Assembly (NCBI GenBank): GCA_000934665.2
Contig: KZ538168.1
Coordinates: 62,001-109,149 of the forward strand
From: Catajapyx aquilonaris
Taxonomy: Eukaryota
Length of the DNA: 47,149 bases
Reading direction: 5' to 3'
The notes beneath the pieces were generated by a model. It ran no database searches. It was not told the origin of the DNA and was given only the letters and a program-made list of their open reading frames with translations. Shown here piece by piece: positions 1 to 11,000 of the stretch. The first letter of the stretch is position 1. Each line of letters starts with the position of its first letter. Position numbers and translations under genes: made by a program.

Positions 1-299
1 AATGCCAGTTACTTCTAAAAGAAGCCTAATGAAATAGGTGCATTGGAAAACTCTTAAATTATTATCAGACTTCCTATAAGCAAATTCCTTGCTTGTTTGA
101 CTGCCCTTAAAGTGTATTAGTCTCCTCATGTAAGGACTATGCGGCTAGTAATGGGGTGTTCATTTTTCAAAAATTTCAATCTACTGAATAATACTTTTAA
201 AAAATTATTATACATAAAGGAAATAATCTTTCTCATGCAGCTTACCACTTAAAATTCAGGATTGTGCACAATTATTCAAACATCCCTGTGAATACGCAC

Positions 300-3200
300 C
301 TGCATATCTCCCTCCACCTCCTGCAGTTTTGCATCCAACTGTCTTTTCTCTTCTTCAGCCTGAGCTGCCTTTCTAGTCGCCCTTTGCAGTTGTATTTTCA
401 GCTCAGTCATCTCCTTCTCTGCCTCTCTCCTCTGCTCTAGTGCTCTTCTCTCCAGTTCTTCCAGCTTTGCCCCTGCTTCTGCTGCCTGAGCTGCTGCCGC
501 CTGGAGCCTTGCTTCTAATGAGCTACAATCAAACTGTAGTCGCACATTTTTAGCTGTCACATTCTGAGTGAAGTCCAGCAGTTCAGCCTCCTTTGCCCTG
601 CAGGCATTCATATCAGACACGAGATCAGCATGTGCTGTTCTCAGCCTCTCCTCCTCCTTCATGCTGATTTCCAATCTGTCTCTCTCTTGTGCTAATTGCG
701 CTGAAAGGCCATCTGCCTCTGCCAGGCGATGCTGCAGGTCTGCCTGCGATTCCTTAGCAGCACTTGCCTCTGCCTGCAATCTTGCCATCCTGCCTTCCCA
801 CTCCAATCTCTGGCTCTCAAGGGATTGTAAGCGAACTACCAATGCATTGTTCTCCTCCTGGGCCTGATTCAGCTTTTGCTTTTCAGCCTCACCCTCACCT
901 GCTGGGGGTAAAGATGCTAGAGCGTCAGCAGTTTGTTTGCGTGCCTCAAGAAGATCTCGATGGCACAATTCCAGCTGCTCCCTGATCTCTCGACCGTGCT
1001 CTTGCTCTGAGCCCAGCTTTGTCTGCATCCACTTGATTTTGGACTCTCGACTGGACACCTAAAAGGGAGCATGGCTCTGTCACACTACAGTAACTGGACA
1101 TTACCACCTCCAATACAAAGGATAATATTACAGTATCATAATAACTTATGCATTTACATAACATGTCTTTCACTGATAGCTTGATATTTGATTCTAAAGT
1201 ATCCTATCCATAGAGCTTTTTAAATAATACAACATGCATTAATGCATTTTAAATTTTAAATGCCAAACATGAGGTGAGATATACGCTGGCATAACAAGAT
1301 ATACATAATGANTTCTCATCACCGGAATGAAAGCAGGGAAAGGGTAGGAAGGAGGCGGCTGTGGCCTATATTACGGTAACGACCCCGGAATTATCCTGCA
1401 AGGACCATGGGAAACCACAGAAAACCATGGTCAGGGTCGCCGGCCTCCGGGATTCGAACCCAGGACCTCCCGATTAGCAGTCGGTCACCATACCACTACA
1501 CCACTACTGCTTCGGTAAAGGATAATATTCCAGTATCATAATAACTTATGCATTTACATAACATGTCTTTCACTGATAGCTTGATATTTGATTCTAAAGT
1601 ATCCTATCCATAGAGCTTTTTAAATAATACAACATGCATTAATGCATTTTAAATTTTAAATGCCAAACATGAGGTGAGATATACGCTGGCATAACAAGAT
1701 ATACATAATGAAGTGATACTTTTTCCCAGATGCCATCTGACTGCCACATAAAATTTATTATGGCTCTTCAATTGGAAAAGTCATCCCATCCATATTGTAA
1801 TGTCTGATGCTATAATCCATCAAATACTCTGGCAATAAATTCATCTACGACTCTACGTGGAGTCTCCACATCGCATACAGTAGTGAAAGATAAGAAAGCA
1901 AAATCATCATTTAAGAGACATTACAATGTGACACATAATAAAATATTGTAATAAAGAGGAGGAACTTACTTCTTCCTTTAGCCTGTCCACTTCCCTCCTG
2001 AGAGCCAGAACTTCTGTCCCTCTGTGGTCCAATGCTTGGGCTAGTCTGGCCTTATCAGTCCCCAGTGACTTGAGTCTTGAGACTAACCCTTCCCTCTCCC
2101 TCTGTACTTCCCTCAGCCTTCTCTCAGCTGCCTCCTTTTCCCTCCTCTGGGTCATCCCCTCTTTCTCGCTTACTGCATATTTCATCACCATGGCTTCTTT
2201 CTCCTTCCTTGCTAACTCCACATCTCTGGCTGCCTTCTCCCTCGTCTGGTCGTTTTCTGCCTTTGCCCTCATCAGAGCCATCACACCCTCCTCCTCCAAC
2301 TCCCGCATTCTCTCAGCCTGTTCTCTGTTCTCCTTACGGGCTACCCGTAAACTTTTCTCCAGGGCAGCCAGTTCTTCCTCCAGCGCTTTAGTTGCTGAAG
2401 CTTCAAGAATGCGCTCCAGATCAGCATCTGACTCAGGGTCAGATGAAGAGGGGATGCCATTTGAGTCTGGGGCATTTGGGTCTGTCACTACAAATTCCTC
2501 TACGCTGTCATCATTCATATCATGTTCTGCCAGGTAAAATTCAGTCCGATTCTCTTTGGTGTCCTCCAAATTAGTTTTGGCATCTTCAGGAATGGCATCA
2601 GTTTTCTGAACAGTAATCTGAAACAACCCAATCAGGTTAATATTGAGTTAAATACTCATTTACATGGTCCTTAGAGGTGGAAGGCTGTAGTGGCTCTAAC
2701 CATTGTCATGATGACAGTGGTTAGAGCCACTACAGACTTCCACCTCTAAGGTTCTGATTTCATTCCTCATATTGGTCAGAGGACTTTTGTCAACTGGCTT
2801 GAGGAGGTGTTGGTAAGATGACAGAAAAAAGTGACACATTTGCATTGTTTGTGAATGCTGCGATACCAGTGAAAAGAGAGGGAATGATGCGTGTTACAGT
2901 ACTTGAAAAAAATTAAGCCTGGACAACCTGTAGGTGAGATCAACCAAATTGGTGCTGCCAGTCACAGAGCTGTAGAAACTTGACCAAGCGTGTTTTCCAG
3001 CACTTACTAGTGATGCCTCCACTAGCAGACTGTGGCTTTCCCACTGACTTTGGCCTCTCACATATCATCATTACCTTTCAGTTCTCAGAAAAACATTGAA
3101 TCCTGGTAATCAAAATTTTAGGCCCAATTTTTGAAGACAAACATGCAACTTCTGGGTTGTGTGTCTGATTAGCCAGCTCATGACCCATTGCAGTGACACC

Positions 3201-4285
3201 TCTGTTACAACCTCGTATACCAGGGCTTCCCAAACTGTGGGTCGCGATGGAGGATGGAGGATAACAAATTATTTTCACAAAATGATTCTATCTCTCTTGG
3301 AAATTAAGGTAAGTTACAGAACAATTCAGATACTCGACAATAGTTGTCAATGATTTTTATTTCACTGTTTACCTGTCTTTTCATGTTGGGAGATCAAAAT
3401 GTGCACATGTGGGGGGTTGCGAATTTTGTGATTGATGATTTTCTCGGGTTGCCAATGAAAAGATTGGGAAGCACTACTGTATACAGTACAGTGGAACCTC
3501 GTACTTTGAATGTTTCAGAGTTCGAACACTAAATTCGAGAGAAAGTTGATCTGGTGTTCAAACAATGCTTCTAAGTTCGAACTGCATGCACAATGCAAAA
3601 ATGCGCTCACTGCGTAAATGACATCTGTTGTGCGCCCAAGTCGTCTTTCGCTCTTGCTGCGAAAGCATCTCTTATGTGACACTCATGTGTTTTCACTGCT
3701 TTTTCGCTTTATTTTTGGTGTGTTTGGTTGTACACATAACAAAAGGTGACTTCTTCCAAACAGTAATCTTTCTCTTCTTCTCCATCAGCCACATGGGACA
3801 TCACAACTTCTCACTTATACAATAATTGCAATAATTTTAATTTTATTATGCAGTATTTACTTATTGTTTCATGTTTTATTATATAGGGCATTTAATCGCG
3901 TTTTTTCCTTGAATTATCTGCATTTGATGTTTATCAAAATGGGTCTGGGGACAGATTGTCACTTTCCATTATTTCTTATGGGGAAAACTGATTCGACTTG
4001 GAACAATTTGGAGTTCGAAAGACCTTGTGGAACGAATTAAGTTTGAAGCCCGAGGTACCACTGTATTTTAAATCCCAGTTATTGCCCACATGCAATACAA
4101 CTTGTGACCTGACTTCCTATATCAAACATCCAATTGCGTACCACCTCCAGATTCTTCTCCTCCTCAACTGGGTCCATTCCTTGGCATTCAAAGGCCTCCT
4201 TCAAGTTGCTTGTTCCGTGGTCTATGATGAGTCCGTCACCCTTGTCCCCCTCTCCCTGGGGCACGACCAGGAGCTCTCCTTCCAT
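300..4285 (-). CDS. CCDC186: Coiled-coil domain-containing protein 186 (golgin-like), 5' part; gene continues off the left edge. Coding exons 4285-4142, 2617-1970, 1058-300
   Basis: Three phase-0 exons with GT/AG sites join in frame. The product is a long heptad coiled coil with the motifs ARKEKEAMVMKYAVSEKE, LKEEVSSRESKIKWMQTKL and KEAELLDFTQNVTAKNVRLQ, which I recognise from CCDC186/C10orf118. The first exon is less certain. Confidence 0.82.
1117..1711. repeat. 195-bp direct duplication (1117-1311 and 1517-1711) flanking the SINE and an N
   Basis: The two copies are identical except for one substitution seen by eye (ATATTAC vs ATATTCC); offset is 400 bp. Confidence 0.9.
1313..1516 (-). mobile_element. 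tRNA-derived SINE (5' part, cut by an assembly N at 1312)
   Basis: The minus strand has an A box (TGGTGTAGTGG), an anticodon-like stem-loop (ccga-ctgctaa-tcgg) and a B box (GGTTCGAATCC). These are followed by a body (GGTTTTCTGTGGTTTCCC...GGCCACAGCCGCCTCCTTCC) typical of insect SINEs. Confidence 0.85.
2669..2751. repeat. Near-perfect 83-bp palindrome/hairpin (41-bp arms) in a CCDC186 intron
   Basis: CCTTAGAGGTGGAAGGCTGTAGTGGCTCTAACCATTGTCAT-G-ATGACAGTGGTTAGAGCCACTACAGACTTCCACCTCTAAGG, with 2 mismatches. Confidence 0.9.
3221..3476. mobile_element. Non-autonomous hAT (Charlie-like) MITE
   Basis: Termini CAGGGCTTCCCAAACT ... AGATTGGGAAGCACTA; degenerate 8-bp TSD tcgtatac/ctgtatac. Confidence 0.65.
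3489..4063. mobile_element. pogo/Tigger-like (Tc1/mariner) MITE
   Basis: TA-CAGTGGAACCTCG ... CGAGGTACCACTG-TA, i.e. TIRs with a TA TSD; repeated internal TTCGAA motifs. Confidence 0.8.
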
Positions 4286-4399
4286 CTCATCCGCTTCCCC
4301 TCAAAGATTGCTGCTTCCTCTCTGTACCCTTCCTTCCTTCCTTCCTTTTCAGCTCATCCGTGATGATAACTGTCCTGTGGGAGCCAAACAGCACATGAG

Positions 4400-4800
4400 A
4401 CACTTACGGGACCGCCAACTCACGGTCATTACCAGCCGCTTATTAATCCCTCATCTCCAGTGACATCACGTCAGCAGGCGATGAGCCTCGGAGCTGATAA
4501 TGAAGCCCGAGAGATATTCCTAAATCCCGTTATTATTTATCTCCGAGCAGCTGGCCCAGTTGTCGCCATCTTAGAAATTCGGACTTGCTGCGTTGCCAAA
4601 CCTCACTGGGGACATGATCCACTCTGGTATCAACTGAGCGGACATGCAACAGTGCTTTCATGCACTTTTAAAATAATGGGGTTACGTGTAACTATAGTTA
4701 TCAATTAATTCGTTATTTGACTGCATTATGGAGACGTGACGTGGGAAGTGTAGCCACCTGCTGGCGCTTGTGGCAATGCAATACGGTATCGTAACATATC
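4400..4800 (-). promoter_or_regulatory. CpG-rich promoter/5' leader region of CCDC186 with YY1-like and CTCF-like motifs
   Basis: Locally CpG-rich. Contains CGCCATCTT (AAGATGGCG, YY1-like) at 4564-4572, a 5'UTR donor ccc|gtaagt near 4406, and CCAGCAGGTGGC on the minus strand at about 4753-4764. Confidence 0.5.
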
Positions 4801-5691
4801 GTTTGATTGATTCACGAATTGATTGATTGATAAGGAGATGAAGCAACTATGGCTATCTGGCTAGCAGAAGATACAATGATAGGGCAGATGGGGTGAGAAA
4901 CTAAAAGAAAAAAAAATAACAAAACATGGTTAGGCCTTCCTGGGATGCCGGGATGGTCTATCATATCCTTGTTATTTGCTAGTGTCACTAGCATCCCTGG
5001 AGGGAGTCAGGCATATGAACACCAGACACTACTTACATCGTCAGGAAAATGTTGCATCTGCAAATACTCCTACGTATTTCGTAATGACGGCCATGTAGCC
5101 ACCCACGTAACTGACCTGATGCACACAAGTGGAAATTGCACATGCAAGTTGATGAAGTGCAATACAACTAGCAGCAATTACATGCTGGTCTCAATGCAAA
5201 TGCTCATGCAAATCACATCTGCAACTGGCACACTCCTGTAAGGTTAGTAAAAGCAGTCTACTTCTGATTAATGATTTTAATGCTGATGGTATATATTTAT
5301 ACATGATTATATTGCCGTATGGACCTCCATTATTAATCCCAAGGCGAGCTGACTGTCAACATCTCTAAGGAGAGAACAGGGGCCAAACAAATGAAGACTA
5401 ATCTGAAAGGACTAGCCGATGCTACCACTCATGCTAGCACTTCTTTTATTACCAAATCTTTAAAAGAATATGCCCTGTTATGTTAGTTAATACCCTGATG
5501 GCAATCTAATGCTCCTTGCCTCCCCAAATGAAATCAACCCCACCGCCACTTCACAAATGCAATGGCTGCATAGCAGTTGGTCATGGTCCTAGATGGAAAC
5601 ACCCCTCCCTCTTATATTCGTAGGGTGTTGGAATGAATCAAGAAAGGCTGGTGAGGTTGCTGGATCAAGTCTCTGGTGGTTGTCATTGTAG

Positions 5692-6777
5692 TTAAGCTCC
5701 CTGATTGTTGGACTGGCAGGCTGCGTATATGGGTCTTGCTAATGCCTTGGCCTTCTCTGCTGTCTCCCTCAGCTTCTCTCTCCTGTCGTCTGACGGCTCT
5801 ACAATGGTTGGTGTTCCAAACAACTGGCTCAGCACATACTCAAATCCAAGCACTGCCTTACGACAGTTCTTCCTGAATCTGTCTGCTCCAAGTGCTCGAA
5901 TTGGCCCTCCAAATCCGTAAATTTTAGAATCGACCCATGCCATTCGATCAGCCTGCGTGTACATGTCAGGTTTTTCTGCACATTGTCTATATACAACTCG
6001 TTCATCCACGCTCATAAGTCGATTCATTCCGATGTTTCGGGTGTAGGTTGTGATGGTGAGAGCTGAACGATCAATCAAGGACTCTTCAATGATGCACACA
6101 ACGTTGCGACGTCCAACCAGACGCTCGCCCCATTTTGGGACACGATTGGTCTTAATCAAGATGCGCTTGCTGTACAGGCAGCCATCACGCATCTCACGTT
6201 CTAGTGTGTCTTCAGAGAGGACATGGGTACTGCGAAAGAAGTAAAGGAATATTTAGCTTTAGCATTGAACAGGCTTATTTGTATCCCATACAAATCAATA
6301 AAATATGACTCAATATGACAAATAATTTTGTTATCATTTCAAAACCCAGTTAATTTGCATTTGGACAGTATAATTGGGACTCTGAATGATTTAGAAGTTG
6401 GCCAGCCAAAACCTGAATTCAGAAAATCAGGCAGAAGTCCCTGTAAACGTATCCTCCAGGTTTTAACATTAAAATTCCAGGGTCACTGTGGTCTTCCTTA
6501 TCTATTAAAAATGGCAAATTTTATGCTGTAACGTACAGAATTATCAAAATTGTTCCCACTGGCTAAGTATGTCCATGCCATGCTAGAAACATTACATCTT
6601 CATGTTGCATAAGAAAATGTGAGCCACCCTTGAACTGGCCATGGCCCAAAAAATTCTAGCGGCACACCTCTTCGCATGTCCATACCTGTGTGGATTGGGG
6701 TACCTCTGCCAAAAGGCCTGGGCCACTTGGTCCCATCGGAATGGGAAGAAACTCTGCAGCTCCACAAAACGCACCAT
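5692..6777 (-). CDS. PRELID1: PRELI/MSF1-domain mitochondrial lipid-transfer protein (PRELID1/Preli-like), 209 aa; exons 6777-6686 and 6229-5692
   Basis: A phase-2 intron joins MVRFVELQSFFPFRWDQVAQAFWQRYPNPHS to THVLSEDTLEREMRDGCLYSKRILIKTNRVPKWGERL...EESLID...TYTRNIG. These are canonical PRELI motifs. Total CDS is 630 nt. Confidence 0.93.
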
Positions 6778-6929
6778 GGCTGATCACCCCGCCTGCAAAA
6801 TACAGACCGATACAGACACACGCCTCAATTACTCTCAAATTACAGTGTCAGTGGTGGGACACATGAGACACACGTTTTAAGAGGTTGTCCCTCTCCCCTT
6901 TTATTCCTCCAAAAAAGACGTGGGCCATA

Positions 6930-7300
6930 CCTGCTTTGCGGTTATGGACAAAATTCGCCCAATGGGGATCGGGTGCCTGCGCAGAGAAAAAAATGAAAAA
7001 AATAAAAAGAGAAAGGTGACGGAAGCGCAGGAGGAAATGACGAACATAACACAGTTGCCAGATCACACCAATGGGCTCAAATTGCGGTTTAAACACATTT
7101 GTAAAGTCAAATATAGTGGTTATTAGACATAAAAATAATATTTTAATGATATTTAAATCACATGTGTGTGGTCATTTAAACCCCTGGCAACCCTTAATTT
7201 GACGGCATTTGTTCGTTACCAACCTGCCAGCACGCTGCCAGTGAGGCTGCCTCTACGAATAAGAAGAGTGTTCTCTGTCGTTTCTGATGCCATCACGCAG
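6930..7300. promoter_or_regulatory. Divergent promoter and non-coding first exons of PRELID1 (-) and Haspin (+)
   Basis: Minus-strand donor GCAG|gtatgg near 6930 with acceptor near 6793; plus-strand donor CGCAG|gtttgt near 7301 with acceptor at 8006. The interval is CpG-rich and has GTTGCCA/TGGCAAC motifs at 7054 and 7185. Confidence 0.5.
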
Positions 7301-8035
7301 GTTTGTCTCATATTTACTTCTGCCTAGGGAAATGTAACCATCCGGCCTCTACCACCACGGACGCATTTCATTTTTGCACATGCGAAACAAAGGCCAGTAG
7401 TTGTGGCCAAGCGGCACAAAATTTGTGCTGCTTATTCCATCAGTGCTTGTATTTCCATTTTGTGCAGACTCTGCAAAGAGTGTGCCTGGTTCTCCCCATG
7501 GCCCATCCACCACTTTCCATTCAAACCAGGTGCATGTTAAAGAGCAGCAGGCTACTATTTCGGGGAATGGGCATAGGTCATGCAATGTACATTTCATGGA
7601 TATAGTGGACATGTGTTTATTATGGACAATTTTTCTGGTCCCAAGTGATTTTGCTATGCACAGGTTTCACTGTGCAGTAAAAAGCTAAGGAGTGTCTATC
7701 CCCCCAGTATTGCAATGGTATTGTGTGGTTTGGATGTTAAGGGATGAGTGTTACAAAGTTCTAGTATAATCAGGTCTAACTCGTAAGTTTTAAAAAGCTT
7801 CATGTCTAGTGTGTTTCAGTAGAGATTCCTAGTCTACCAGTGGAGGGGATAACTTACTTGTAGCGTAACTTTAGTTTACATGTAACATTTTAAAATATTT
7901 CTGTAGTGTAGTTACCGCGCAGGATAGTTACTGCTGCTGGTCATTGAAATTAGAATTGTGCTTGCCAAGAAAAATTGACAAAATTATGATCACACCTTAT
8001 TTACAGACTGACAACTTTGACAAAATCAAGGAGAT

Positions 8036-11000
8036 ATGCACCGCAGAGTGGTTCACACCTATGGACAACCAAAGAAGAAATCGATGCAGCCATCACTTTA
8101 CGATGGAAGATCTGATGATGCCTTTGATGAGATCATTGCTGGTCTGAGGGAAAAATTGTAAGAATAGACTTACCATGAAATATTAATTGAAGGGTCTCGG
8201 ATCAAAAAGAGCCAAGTCCACTTGAAATAAATGGTCCTAAAACTGATGATTAATTAACTTTAACTAGTAGGCCTACTATCTTGAAACTTTTTCCTTGCAT
8301 ATGTTACTGTAGTTAAGCTACATTTGCAAATGTGCAATTAATCCCCAATGACCATTAAAATACATAAATGCTGCACAATATTAGTACTAGTGCTAGACAC
8401 TCCCCTAGGACCAATTGTATGATTGATGGTAAATCTAGAACAATAGGTTGCTCTGTGTTACTCAGGCGGGAATAATTGAGGAGCTCAGAGGAAGAACGGC
8501 ATATCCCAACCGACCTCCAATATTGAGATTGTAGTGCTGTTGTACTCTCCTGCCATCTACCTTTCATGTGCTGAAGTACCAAATGAATTGGGATATGTCA
8601 AAGCTCACATGTTCCACTTGTAAAATTTGTCCGTAATGGAAACACATACACAAGCCAAACACAAAAAGGCATTTTTCTCAAAATGAACTCCGGTTGGGAT
8701 ATATGCCGTTCTTCCTCTGAGCACCTCAATTTGTACAAATTGAGAATACAAAGAAAACAAAGCCTTTGCCAGAAGTTGGGGAAAAAAACTTGAAGAGATA
8801 GAGGACCTACTGTATTTCCAATGTAACTAAAGTGTAAAATTAGACAATTTTTTAATATTATGGACAAAAACTGCGATGCCAATCCTGGTGCAGGGGAACA
8901 TGTAATGCATCATTCCCTCTTTTCAACCTCCTAGATTGGAGGGCATGTTTCCATCCCTAACAGAATAATGAGCATATGTGGTGACTTTTAAATAATAGTT
9001 GAGTGGGGAAGACCCGGCCAATATGGCCTTGCACCCCTGCTGGAGCAAAGCTCCCGTCATATGTGGTGACTGGGAGGAATAATTGGGTTGTCAAAATTCG
9101 AGTGGTTTTCAGAAGTACTATGGTTTCCAGATGGATTTTTCATGTGTCTACCACTAAAAAATATGACACACATCAGGTCAAAGGGCACCCACCAGATACT
9201 GCCATTGCTGCAGATTATATCGAAAAATGATCATTGTATAGGCTTGTATATGCTGTATAGGCCTGTTGGGGTCTGTATGGCCTATTATATAAGTCCTGTA
9301 AAGGCCTGCACTCACACATTTTTAACAGTAACATTATTTTAGTACAGTATCCAATGCATTCAAAAAAATTTGTCAAGGATCAAAATGATGGAAATCTACC
9401 CCTGTTACTGCAGGATACCGGCCACCCCCGGGTTATACCGGCATGCTGGTCGACCTCGTTTTATACCAGCATGCCGCTTTAAGTGAGGTAATAAGGTACT
9501 TCTCATTGGAATAGCTTGATCTCAGTGGGTTGTTAAACACTTTTCTTATTTTCATGTCAGAACCCAGTTATAAGTTAAATGGAATTACTGAGTACCACCA
9601 GCATCCTTCCTGAGATCGAGCTTCTTGTACTAATGAGTTAGTCTGGAAAATGTTTTGTCATGTGTATTTGACCTAGCCTGAATGCATTTTGAAGGCTAAT
9701 AAACCAACCAGAAAATTGACGAATACAGCCGGATTGTAAGAATTCATTTTAAAAATTGAATTGGCACAAAACTATGCAGCATTGTAACACAGCATTCACC
9801 TGGTGGGGAAAAAATCAGCATCACCAGACAAAAAAAAAGTCCTGATGTGGCCTATATGAAAGGAATTTTATGTTATAACTGTTTTGTACAGTAGATAATT
9901 TCCAGTCAAATAATGCTAGTTATTTAAAAAACCAGTGCATCCACTTGTGCTGCATGCCCAGTCAACCTGGTGTCTCCCAAGATCCAGGTGTCAACTAAGA
10001 TTGGAAAAAGTTTTCTTTTGCTGTCATATGACAGTAAATATTCAGCATCGTGAAAAAGACTATCTCACGCATTTTGGGATCAGTTAGGATTGATTATGCT
10101 GAGTTGTTGTCCTGCAGGCATTGTAGTGCTTGGTGTTTGCACTGTGTTCCAATTCAATCCTTATTTTTCTCTCTTGCTGAAGTTTTCCTCCCCCTTTTTT
10201 TCATGTAAGGCACCTGAAAACTACGGCCCAAGGAACAGCACAATGTCCTTCCAGTGATCTAAGTTCAGAATTTTTGAGCCCCTGTGATGTGGAAGTTGAG
10301 AAATCCTCAGCTTTCAACAGTTCCCAGGATAAATGCTTTCAAAATAGCAGCAGTAGTGATACAGAAAAATCCTCCAGTCTTAATGCACTCGACATGTTTC
10401 ACACCTGCACGGAAAATACACCCATGGTGTCAGGAAAAAGTAAGGCGAAAGAACATAGACTCAGGTCAAAGGAATTTTCACCATTTCAAGAAAGACATCA
10501 GAATAAGTCTGCTGTCAAGAAGAAGTGGAAACGCCGCCCATGTCTCCTGTTTACACCTGATAAGATTGGCACATCAGCAGAAGGGAAGAGGAAAATTAAT
10601 GGAGTCAACACTCTTGACATGCAAGATCAAGATCAAAGCAACTTACCAATAGAGAACATGAAGAAACACCATTCACTTGTTACAACTGACCTATCTGTGG
10701 TTGAGCAAGTGTTTGACAAGTCAGAAATCAATGACAGCTGTCTGCATTTGCAAAAGAAAGATCAGAATGACTGCACGCCAGGCTTGACACATGAGACAAA
10801 AGCCATGCATGAAGAGAGCCCCACTTACAGAGAATATTTGAATTTCAATGATGCAGATAAAAAGAGCACCACACCTAGTCCTTCTGGACCTGATGACAGT
10901 CCTCTGGTACACAGTTACAACATGTCTTGCAAGGAGTCAGGCAGCCCCCAGTCACCTCTGATGTTTACTTTCAATTCCAAGCTTGTCTCTTCCACTCCCT

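Noticed and set aside
568..2574. Plus-strand ORFs of 60-155 aa overlapping CCDC186 exons
   Set aside because: Antisense shadows of Glu/Lys/Arg-rich coiled-coil exons, giving Ser/Leu-rich low-complexity products.
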